In this document: one piece after another, positions 19,731 through 28,327 of the stretch
How the letters are laid out: each line of letters starts with the position of its first letter
How positions within the stretch are numbered: the stretch's first letter is position 1
From: Chthoniobacteraceae bacterium
Lineage (GTDB): Bacteria > Verrucomicrobiota > Verrucomicrobiia > Chthoniobacterales > Chthoniobacteraceae
NCBI GenBank assembly: GCA_031409655.1
Contig: JANNXQ010000055.1
Location: forward strand, 10,591-74,590
DNA: 64,000 bases
Reading direction: 5' to 3'
Made by a program: the position numbers and the translations under genes
The notes under the pieces: model-generated
Seen by the model: only the letters and a program-made list of their open reading frames with translations
Database searches by the model: none
What the model was told of the DNA's origin: nothing

Positions 19731-21887
19731 GTGGATGAAGTCCCCATGCCTCCATCGTCCAAAGATCATTTCGACTATTCCGTGCCCCTCGATCTGAGGG
19801 CGCTCGGTTACCTTTTCTGGGAAAAGGCCTGGCTCATCGGTGCCCTCACCGCGGCGGTTCTCAGCGCCGGGATCATTTTCCTCCTGCGCAGCGAGCGGAT
19901 CTATGCGGCCACGACGACGATCGAAGTGGAGGAGCAGCAGCAGAGTTTGGTGAAGGCGGATGGGACGAAATTTGAGGGCAGCGGTGGAGAGGCGATCCTC
20001 AAGACGATCGAGCAAAATTTTGAAAGTCCCGCGCTCAAGCTGCGGCTCGGACGCAGCGCAGAGTTGCTGAGCGATCCCGCTTTTCTCCCGGACCTGCCGC
20101 GGACGGTCTCCGATACGCGGCTCGAATCCGCGATCGGCGGGAAGCTTTCCGCGAGCATCCGTTCCGGCACGCGGCTCATCGATGTGAAGGCGGAGGACGC
20201 GAGTCCGGAGGTCGCGCAAAAGCTCTCCCGGTTGGCTGTGGAGGAATTCATCAGCTCGATGTCGGAGAAGCGCGTCAAAGTCTCCCAGAGTGCGCACGGA
20301 ATGCTCCGCGGGGAGGCCGAGCGGCTGAAAGGCGCACTCGAGAAATCCGAGACCACGCTCCAGCGGTATAAGGAGCAGAACCGCGCGGTGTCGCTCGAAG
20401 AGAAACAAAACATCATCGGCGAGCGGCTCAAGGAGCTGAATCAAAAGGTGACTGAGGCGCGCGCCGAGCGCCTGAGGATCGAGTCGGACCGCGCGCAGAT
20501 CACCGAACTCGCCGGCCAGCCGCCCGAGCGGCTCCTGCTCCTGCCGCGCATCGCGACCGCCAGCGAGGTCGTTGAGGCCCAGCGTCTCTTGGGCGAAAAG
20601 AACGCCGAGCTCGCCACCTTGAGCCGGCGCTACAAACCCGAGCACCCGAAATTCACCGACGCCACGATCGCTCTGACGCAGTTGGAGCAGCGGCGCGACT
20701 CCGCCATCCAGCACGCTTCCGAACTCGTCGCCACCGCCGTGGATGCCGCCACCGTGACGGAGAAGAAACTTGAGGAGGCGCTGCGCGGCCAGGAATCAAT
20801 CGCCTTGGAACTCAGCCAGATGGCGATCCCCTACAGCGCGCTCGCCCGCGAAGTGGAATCCGATCGGGCGCTCTACGCCTCGCTGCTGGTCCGGCTGAAG
20901 GAATCCGACGTGGGCCAAAGCGTTTCGCCCTATGCCATCCGCATCGTCGCGCCCGCCTCCCGCCCGGAACGCCCTGTCAAACCAAACAAGGCGCTCATCC
21001 TCCTGCTCAGCCTCGGCGGCGGGCTCGCGCTCGGCCTCTCTTCCGCACTCGGGCTGCATGCCTTGGATCGCTCGCTGCGGACCGTGGATCAGGCAGAGCA
21101 GGCCCTCGGGCTGCGTTCGCTCGCGGCGGTCCCCTACTGGTCCGGAGCAAAGCTGGTGACGGCGCGGCGGCTCTTCATTGAAAAGCCGCACTCCGCCGTC
21201 GCCGAGGCCTTCCGCGGGCTGCGCACTACCCTGCTGGTCACTCGCCGGGACGCCGCTTACCGCAGCGTGCTTTTCGCGAGTTCGATCCCAGGTGAGGGGA
21301 AAAGTTTCTGCGCGATCAACTATGCGGCGGCGCTCGCGGGCCAGGGTTTCCGCACGCTGCTGGTCGATGCTGATCTGCGCTTGCCGAGCATCGGGCCCGC
21401 CTTTCTGGGGGAAGGGAGCACTGCCGCCGGCCTGACGGAAGTCCTGGGTGCCAAATGCTCCCTCACCGAGGCCGTCCATCTTACGGACATTGAGAATCTT
21501 TACGTTCTGCCGGCCGGTCGCGTCACGGCAAGTCCCACCGAAATCATCGGCCAAGCGAATCTCACGGCCTTCTTCGAGACTGCGCTCTCGCGTTTCGACC
21601 GCATCGTCATCGACACCGCCCCCGTCCACGCCGTGAGCGAGACACTCTTCCTCGTGCCGCACGTGGATGCCGTCTGTCTCGTCGTCCGCTCTGGCCGCAC
21701 GCCGGTCGTGGCCATTGAGCGTGCGCTCGAAAAACTCCGCGAGAGCGGCGCAAAAATCCCGGGATTCATCCTCAATGGCCTGCCTGTCCGGGGCGGCTAC
21801 CACTACCACTACCACGCACCGGGCTACGGCAAAGACGAGGTCTATGGGGGCAGCGGCAGGGAGCGGCGGGCGGGTTCAAAATCGTGA
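19731..21887 (+). CDS. wzc: Polysaccharide co-polymerase / tyrosine autokinase (Wzc/GumC family)
   Basis: Two TM segments flanking a coiled-coil; AEAFRGLRT, Walker A SSIPGEGKS, LLVDADLR, IVIDTAP; Tyr-rich tail GGYHYHYHAPGYGKDEVY. Confidence 0.9.
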   Translation: MDEVPMPPSSKDHFDYSVPLDLRALGYLFWEKAWLIGALTAAVLSAGIIFLLRSERIYAATTTIEVEEQQQSLVKADGTKFEGSGGEAILKTIEQNFESPALKLRLGRSAELLSDPAFLPDLPRTVSDTRLESAIGGKLSASIRSGTRLIDVKAEDASPEVAQKLSRLAVEEFISSMSEKRVKVSQSAHGMLRGEAERLKGALEKSETTLQRYKEQNRAVSLEEKQNIIGERLKELNQKVTEARAERLRIESDRAQITELAGQPPERLLLLPRIATASEVVEAQRLLGEKNAELATLSRRYKPEHPKFTDATIALTQLEQRRDSAIQHASELVATAVDAATVTEKKLEEALRGQESIALELSQMAIPYSALAREVESDRALYASLLVRLKESDVGQSVSPYAIRIVAPASRPERPVKPNKALILLLSLGGGLALGLSSALGLHALDRSLRTVDQAEQALGLRSLAAVPYWSGAKLVTARRLFIEKPHSAVAEAFRGLRTTLLVTRRDAAYRSVLFASSIPGEGKSFCAINYAAALAGQGFRTLLVDADLRLPSIGPAFLGEGSTAAGLTEVLGAKCSLTEAVHLTDIENLYVLPAGRVTASPTEIIGQANLTAFFETALSRFDRIVIDTAPVHAVSETLFLVPHVDAVCLVVRSGRTPVVAIERALEKLRESGAKIPGFILNGLPVRGGYHYHYHAPGYGKDEVYGGSGRERRAGSKS

Positions 21888-23110
21888 TGGACTCCGACGT
21901 CGCGCCCCTTCGGTTGTTGATGGTCACGGGCATCTTCCCGCCGGATCGCGGCGGCCCCGCCAGCTACGTCCCCCGCATGGCCGCGGCCCTCACGGCTCGC
22001 GGGCGCAAGGTGGAAGTCGTCTGCCTGAGCGATCGGATGGATCACGACGACTCCCATCTGCCCTTCCCCGTCCGCCGCATCCGCCGCAGCATCCTTTTCC
22101 CCTTCCGCCTGCTCGCGACCACCTTCATCGTCTGGCGCGCCGCGGCGCGCCATGACCTCGTTTACATCAATGGCCTCAGCTCCGAAGCCGCCCTCGGGGC
22201 GCTGCTCGCGGGCCGCCGGGCGGTCCACAAAATCGTGGGCGACTACGCTTGGGAGAGGGCGGCCAGCAAGGATTGGTTTGACGGCACCATCGACGATTAC
22301 CAGGTGGCTGCGAAAAACCTGTTGCTGCGCTTCTCCGACGCGGTGCGGTCGTGGCCCCACATTTTCGCTCACGAAATTATCGTCCCGAGCCACTATCTCG
22401 CGCGCATCGTGAAGGGCTGGGGGGTGCGCCCGGAAAAGGTCCGCGTGATCTACAACGCCATCGCGGAGGATCGAAACACCCAGCATCCCAAACCCCAACT
22501 CCCGCCGTGGTCTGGCAAGACACTCATCACCGTCTGTCGGCTCGTTCCGTGGAAAGGTGTGGATTTGGTGATCCAGCTATTGCCGAAGCTGCCCACCACT
22601 CGTTTCGTCATCGCTGGCGACGGCGCCACGCGCGCTGAACTCGAGGAAGTGGCTCGGAGTTGCGGCGTCGCGGATCGGGTCGTTTTTCTCGGCGATGTTC
22701 CCCATCAAAACGTGGCTGAGTATCTCTCGCAGGCCGACGCTTTTGTCCTGAACTCCAGCTACGAAGGCCTCCCGCACGTCGTCCTCGAAGCGATGTCCGC
22801 CTGCATCCCAGTCATCGCCACCAACGTCGGCGGCACTGGCGAGGCCGTGCTCCACGACCGGACCGGCCTGCTCATCCCGCCGGGCAATCCCGATGCGCTG
22901 AAGGAGGCCATTGAGCGCCTTTGGAATGAGCCCGAGCTGGGCGCGCGATTGACCGGTGAGGCCGCGGTGGTGCTCGCGGATCGTTTTGTTTTCGATGCGA
23001 TGCTCGCCGCGACGGATAGCGTGCTGAATGAGGCCGCCGGAAGACGGAATGCGACCGCGCCGGATGCGCAGCGGAGCAACGGAGAGCGCGCGGAAAAAGT
23101 TTCGCGATGA
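21884..23110 (+). CDS. Glycosyltransferase family 4
   Basis: IFPPDRGGPASY, RLVPWKG, NSSYEGLPHVVLEAM. Confidence 0.9.
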   Translation: MMDSDVAPLRLLMVTGIFPPDRGGPASYVPRMAAALTARGRKVEVVCLSDRMDHDDSHLPFPVRRIRRSILFPFRLLATTFIVWRAAARHDLVYINGLSSEAALGALLAGRRAVHKIVGDYAWERAASKDWFDGTIDDYQVAAKNLLLRFSDAVRSWPHIFAHEIIVPSHYLARIVKGWGVRPEKVRVIYNAIAEDRNTQHPKPQLPPWSGKTLITVCRLVPWKGVDLVIQLLPKLPTTRFVIAGDGATRAELEEVARSCGVADRVVFLGDVPHQNVAEYLSQADAFVLNSSYEGLPHVVLEAMSACIPVIATNVGGTGEAVLHDRTGLLIPPGNPDALKEAIERLWNEPELGARLTGEAAVVLADRFVFDAMLAATDSVLNEAAGRRNATAPDAQRSNGERAEKVSR

Positions 23111-25368
23111 AGCCGCTGTCGGTCCTTTCGTTCGGCTCCACTCGCGGACTTTGGGACGGTGAATCCGCGGAGGATTATCGCCGGCTTCTGGGTTACGGCG
23201 CGGAGTTGGAGCGCTACGTCATCGTCGCCCATTCCTACAAGCGCCACGCCCTCCAGCCGCGGCACTTTGGGAAAAATGTCGAGGCGATCCCGACCGACGC
23301 CTTCTGCATCCTCGACAGCTTTTTCCGGATGCTCTGGATCGGCTGGCGCGTGCTGCGTTCCCGACGCATCGATGTGCTCCAGGCCCAGGACCCATTCGTC
23401 TTCGGCCTCGTCGCGATGCTGCTCGGGAAAGTGCAGCGCCTGCCGGTGAACGTCTGCGTCTATGGCCCGAATGTTTTCGACCCAAACTGGATCGCGAGCA
23501 GCCGCGTGAACCGCTTGATCGCGCCCCTCGGCCGCTGGGTCTTGCGGCGCTGCCAGGGACTCCAGGTGGATGGAAAAATGACCGCGCGCAGTCTCGCCGC
23601 CGCGGGCATCGAGCCGGCGCGCATCGCTTTGAAACCCGTGGTCCCGGCGAATCTCCCGAGCTTCTACCAGATCGACCGCGCGACGACTCGCAACGCCCTC
23701 CCGCGCGTGCTTTTCGTGGGTCGCCTCGTGGTCCAAAAAAACCTCCCGGTGCTGCTCGAGGCCGCCCGCATTTTGCACACCGGCGGCCACCGTTTCGAAC
23801 TCGAGATCGTCGGCGAAGGCCCGCTCGGCGCGGAACTCAAGGCGACGGTCGAGCGCACCGGACTCAAAGACCTCGTGCGCTTTCGCGACCCCGTCTCCCG
23901 CGACGAGATCGCCGCCATCTTTGCCGCCGCCGATCTCTTTGCCCTGACCTCGGATTCCGAAGGTTACGCCCGCGTGCTCATGGAAGCTGCCGCCGCCGCG
24001 CTCCCCATCGTCACCACGGCCGTGAGCGGCTCCGACGACGCCGTGGAGGACGCCGTCACCGGCTTCATCGTGCCCGTGCGGGACGCGGCCGCCGTCGCCG
24101 AAAAGCTCGCGCTTTTGATCGCCGATCCCAGCCTGCGCCAGCGAATGGGCCAGGCCGCACGCGCCCACATCGGCAAACACGCCGACCCCGCTTTGAACAC
24201 TCCCGCGCAAGTCGCCATCTGGCACCGCCTCGCCTCCGAGAGCCCCGCCAAGCCATCCGGTCCTTTCCCCCAGCGCCTCCTCCTTTTCAATCTCGCCACC
24301 GACACGAAACACCCGATCCTCGGTTTCACCACGCAGTGGATTCGCGAACTCGCCGCCCGCGTCGAGAGCATCCACGTCATCACCATGCTCGCCGGGGAGA
24401 TCGACGTGCCGGAGAACGTGCGCGTGTACTCCGCCGGCCTCGAACACGGCTGGTCCGAGCCGCGCCGGCTCGTGCAGTTTTATCGCCACCTTTTCCGCAT
24501 CCTCCGCGAGGAACGCATCGACGGCTGCTTCTCGCACATGATCACCATCTTCTCCGTGCTCGCCGGCCCGGTGCTGCGGTGGAAAGGCATCCCGCTCGTC
24601 ACTTGGTATGCGCATCCGAAGCCAGGCCGCGTGCTCAAGCTCTCGCACTACGCCTCGCACCGCATGGTCACGAGTCTTCCGCGCGCCTATCCCTATCATC
24701 ACGATAAGCTCACGATCATCGGCCAGGGCATCGACACCACACTCTTCGCGCCCGGCGTGCAGGCCACTGTGGATGAAGATCTCATCCTCTGCGTCGGCCG
24801 GCTGTCTCGGGTGAAAAATCATCCCACGCTGCTCCGCGCCTTTGCCCGGCTGCCGCAGCGCTACCGCCTCGCCATCCTCGGCGCCACCGCCGGCGCACCC
24901 GATGAAGCGTATGTCGCGGAGTTGCACACCTTGATCGCGGAACTCGGGATCGGCGCACGCGTCGCCTTCGAGCCGCCGGTCCCGCCGACGCAATTACCCG
25001 AGCAATATGAGCGCTGCTCCGTGCATGTGAATCTCACCGGCCCAGGCTTTGGCGACAAGGTGGCGTGGGAAGCCATGAGTTGCGGGCGTCCGTGCCTGGT
25101 CGCGAATGATGACTTCATCGAAACGCTCGGCCAATCCGCGGCGGAGCTGCTCTTCCACACTGAGGACGAATTGACCGCCCGCCTCACCGCGCTCCTCGCG
25201 CTGAACCCGGCGGAACGCGTGGCCATCGGCCTCTACCAGCGCTCGCAAGTCGAGCGGCTGCATTCCCTGCCCCGGCTCGCCGAGCGCATCCTCGGCGTGC
25301 TCGCGGAGGTGCGGCGGGAAATCACGCCCGACGGACCGCCGGAGCTGCTCTCGACGGCGCTGCGCTGA
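23107..25368 (+). CDS. Tandem double GT4 glycosyltransferase
   Basis: First module FVGRLVVQKN...SEGYARVLMEA; second module LLLFNLATD...VGRLSRVKN...GFGDKVAWEAMSCG. Confidence 0.85.
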   Translation: MKPLSVLSFGSTRGLWDGESAEDYRRLLGYGAELERYVIVAHSYKRHALQPRHFGKNVEAIPTDAFCILDSFFRMLWIGWRVLRSRRIDVLQAQDPFVFGLVAMLLGKVQRLPVNVCVYGPNVFDPNWIASSRVNRLIAPLGRWVLRRCQGLQVDGKMTARSLAAAGIEPARIALKPVVPANLPSFYQIDRATTRNALPRVLFVGRLVVQKNLPVLLEAARILHTGGHRFELEIVGEGPLGAELKATVERTGLKDLVRFRDPVSRDEIAAIFAAADLFALTSDSEGYARVLMEAAAAALPIVTTAVSGSDDAVEDAVTGFIVPVRDAAAVAEKLALLIADPSLRQRMGQAARAHIGKHADPALNTPAQVAIWHRLASESPAKPSGPFPQRLLLFNLATDTKHPILGFTTQWIRELAARVESIHVITMLAGEIDVPENVRVYSAGLEHGWSEPRRLVQFYRHLFRILREERIDGCFSHMITIFSVLAGPVLRWKGIPLVTWYAHPKPGRVLKLSHYASHRMVTSLPRAYPYHHDKLTIIGQGIDTTLFAPGVQATVDEDLILCVGRLSRVKNHPTLLRAFARLPQRYRLAILGATAGAPDEAYVAELHTLIAELGIGARVAFEPPVPPTQLPEQYERCSVHVNLTGPGFGDKVAWEAMSCGRPCLVANDDFIETLGQSAAELLFHTEDELTARLTALLALNPAERVAIGLYQRSQVERLHSLPRLAERILGVLAEVRREITPDGPPELLSTALR

Positions 25369-26888
25369 TGGCCAGTTCGCAGAAGATCGTCTCCGCGCTG
25401 CGCGCGAACTGGCTGCTCAACATCGTCGGCCTCGTCCTCTCTTTTTGCGCCTCGGTGGTCATGGTCCGGACCATCGCACCCTCGCTCTATGCGGAATACT
25501 CCGCCGTGATCGCGATGATCGGCCTCGCCACTTTCGTCTTCGAAGTCGGCGCCAATAGCGGACTCACCCGTTACTTTCACGCGGCCTCGGAGGAAGGCGC
25601 GCGCGCTACTTTCTACGGACAAATGCAGCGCCGCCGCGCTCTCGCCGCCGTGCTCTGCGCCGCCGCGCTCATCGCCTTCGGACCGCTCTACGCGCGGAGC
25701 ACGGAGTTCGGCACGCTCGCCGCCGATCGCTGGCTCTTCGTGCTCGTCGCCGCCATCGTCGCCAGTATCCTCACGCGGCTGCTCGCGCACTACGGCCTCG
25801 TCGCGCTCTTCGAGACCACCACCGCGCTGCTCCTCCAGCAGGGCTTTCAAATTCTCCGCGCCGTCGCCCTCGCCTCCATCGCCCTGGCCGGCGGCCAACT
25901 TCGACACCTCATCGGCGCCCTCCTCGTGATCTCCCTCATCGAGGCCACGCTCGTCCACACTCGCCTCTGGCGGCTCATCCGCACCGAGCGCGCTCCGCTA
26001 CCCGCCGGCTTCCTCAATCGCGCGCAGAAATTTGGCCTGCTCACCGTCCTCGACAAAGCCGCCGCGATGCTCGGCAGCGGCACCGTCCTCATGCTCGCCC
26101 TCGCGCCCCATCAGCAAGTCGCCACCATGGCGCTCCTCGGGCTGGCCGTGGATTTGGTGGGGAAACTCGTCAGCGTCACCGTCATGCCCATGGGCAATCT
26201 GGTCGCACCCTACCTGAGCCAGACGAGTGACGACGCGGCGGCGCAGGCGCTGGCCACTGGGCGCGTGGTGAAACTTTCGAGCCTCCTCTATTGCTTCACC
26301 GTCGGTCTCGGCGCCATCGTCCTGCCGTCCTTCGTCGCCCTGGTCTATGGGTCGGACTACCGCCCGGCCGCCGCCTTTGCGCTCCTGCTGCTTTTGCCGA
26401 CTGCTTACGAAAATTGGATTCGCGGCACCTGCTCCCCTGCCCTGCTCCGCAATGGCCGCAGCCGCGATCTTATGAAAGTGAACGCGCTCCAGGCTGCGAT
26501 CACCCTCGGCACGCTGGCCCTGGTCCTTCGCCAGCCATTGCCCATCGCCGTCCTCGCGGTCGGTGCTGCCCGCGCGCTCCCGGCTTCGATCAATCTCGTC
26601 CTCCTCCGCCGCATCGTCCCCGGTCGAACATACCTCGTCCCCCTCCAAGGCCTGCTCATCGCCGCACTCGCCGCCTTCGCCGCGCTCGCCGCGAGCCATC
26701 GGCTGCCCGCGCCTGAGACCGCGCGCTCCCTCGTCGAAGCAGTGCTCTTCGCCGTTCTCTTTTACCTCGGCCTGCGCTGGGTCATCTTCCGCGACACCGA
26801 CACCTTGCGCCTCGCCCATCGCGTCGCCGGCACGCGGATCAAAGCCCTGAGCCGCCTTCTGCCCGCACTCCCCCTTCCCCAGCCATGA
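25368..26888 (+). CDS. Wzx-type oligosaccharide flippase
   Basis: About 12-14 hydrophobic segments; translationally coupled within the polysaccharide operon. Confidence 0.7.
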   Translation: MASSQKIVSALRANWLLNIVGLVLSFCASVVMVRTIAPSLYAEYSAVIAMIGLATFVFEVGANSGLTRYFHAASEEGARATFYGQMQRRRALAAVLCAAALIAFGPLYARSTEFGTLAADRWLFVLVAAIVASILTRLLAHYGLVALFETTTALLLQQGFQILRAVALASIALAGGQLRHLIGALLVISLIEATLVHTRLWRLIRTERAPLPAGFLNRAQKFGLLTVLDKAAAMLGSGTVLMLALAPHQQVATMALLGLAVDLVGKLVSVTVMPMGNLVAPYLSQTSDDAAAQALATGRVVKLSSLLYCFTVGLGAIVLPSFVALVYGSDYRPAAAFALLLLLPTAYENWIRGTCSPALLRNGRSRDLMKVNALQAAITLGTLALVLRQPLPIAVLAVGAARALPASINLVLLRRIVPGRTYLVPLQGLLIAALAAFAALAASHRLPAPETARSLVEAVLFAVLFYLGLRWVIFRDTDTLRLAHRVAGTRIKALSRLLPALPLPQP

Positions 26889-28327
26889 GGGCGTTCTTGC
26901 TTCTGCTGATCGTGCTCAGTGCGTTTGTGCCGGCGTGCTACATCGCCGCCGCTCTGCCGACGCTTTGGATCATCCAGCATCCCTTCCTCGAGATGAACGC
27001 CACTCTGCTCGAAGTGGCCGGGATCGATGTGACGCTCGTCGATGCCGTCATCTTGATCCTCTCCACCAAGCTCGTCCTGAAGATCATCACCACCCGCGAG
27101 ATCGTCATGGATCGCGCGCTCTATTTCTCCATCGCCGCCTTCTTCATCGTGAACGTCCTCGCGATCCTCGCCGCGGGCGTAAAGTTCGGCTCCGGCTCTG
27201 TCTTCCATGGCTTCGTCGCCCTCACCCGACTTACCACCGAGGCGGCCATCGTGCCCTTCCTTGCGACCTTTATCACCACGCTGCATCAGGCCAAGCGCTG
27301 CCTGCAAATCGTCGCCTGGACCTTGATCGCGCTTGGCGTCATTCAGTTCATCAATTTTTTCGGAGCAAGCCACGGCATCACCATCGGTGAAGTCCAGGGG
27401 ATCGAGCGCGGCGAACTTCGGTACTTTGGTCCCGTGGGTGATTCGATCGGCTTCGTCCTCCTCCTCGGCTATGTGGGCGCGCTCTGTGCCGCACGGCCGG
27501 CCTTCGCGCTGCTCTTTGCCGGCGGCATCGTGCTCACCGCTGGCATCGGCGCCATCATCGGGACCGCGGTCGCCACCGTGCTGGTCCTGCTTTTCGGGCT
27601 CGAGAGCGGCACGACCCGCGCCTTTGTGCGTCGCTATCTCTGGGTGGTTCCGGTTTTCATCTTCGCCGGGATCGTCGCTGCCGCGACGATCGGACGTCCG
27701 CTGGCCAGCACGCTCCTCGATCGCCTGAGCAGCGGCCGATTTCAGGAAAGCGGCGGCCAGCGCCTCTCCACGTTGAAGATGGGCGTGAAAATGGTCATGG
27801 ACAATCCGCTCACGGGCGTCGGCTTCATGAGCTACGAGTCATCGCTCGAGCGCTACGGCGGGAAACGCTTTTTCAATCTCTCCAAACTCGACGGAGGCAC
27901 CGCGAACGCGAACAACCAAATCCTCCAGTCACTGACCGACAGCGGCGTCTTCGGTCTCCTGGCTTTTCTCGTCTTCATCACCGTCTCGGCGCGCCTCTTC
28001 TGGAAAGTCTCCGCCCGTTGCGAGGACCCTTTCCTGCGCATCGCCCTCCGCGCTGCCTGTCTCTGGCTGCTCACCCAGGTTCTGGGAAATCACGCCGCCG
28101 TCTGGCTGATTCCCTCCGCCTACGTCGCCCGCTTTCTTTGGGTCCTCCTCGGCATCACCGTCGCCATCGCCCGTCTGCTCCCGGCCCCCGTGCGGCCTTC
28201 ATCACTGGCCATTCGTGAAGCCGAACTTTTCTCGGAAACGGTGACTGCGAAATGCGCGCTGGATGACCGCTCTCCGCTCAAGTTCGAAGAAGCATTGCCT
28301 CCGGCGAACGCTTCGCCCCGAACTTAA
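26885..28327 (+). CDS. O-antigen ligase / Wzy polymerase family protein
   Basis: Multi-TM protein with the loop SGGQRL...MVMDNPLTGVGF...ANNQILQSLTDSGVFG typical of Wzy_C. Confidence 0.75.
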   Translation: MRAFLLLLIVLSAFVPACYIAAALPTLWIIQHPFLEMNATLLEVAGIDVTLVDAVILILSTKLVLKIITTREIVMDRALYFSIAAFFIVNVLAILAAGVKFGSGSVFHGFVALTRLTTEAAIVPFLATFITTLHQAKRCLQIVAWTLIALGVIQFINFFGASHGITIGEVQGIERGELRYFGPVGDSIGFVLLLGYVGALCAARPAFALLFAGGIVLTAGIGAIIGTAVATVLVLLFGLESGTTRAFVRRYLWVVPVFIFAGIVAAATIGRPLASTLLDRLSSGRFQESGGQRLSTLKMGVKMVMDNPLTGVGFMSYESSLERYGGKRFFNLSKLDGGTANANNQILQSLTDSGVFGLLAFLVFITVSARLFWKVSARCEDPFLRIALRAACLWLLTQVLGNHAAVWLIPSAYVARFLWVLLGITVAIARLLPAPVRPSSLAIREAELFSETVTAKCALDDRSPLKFEEALPPANASPRT

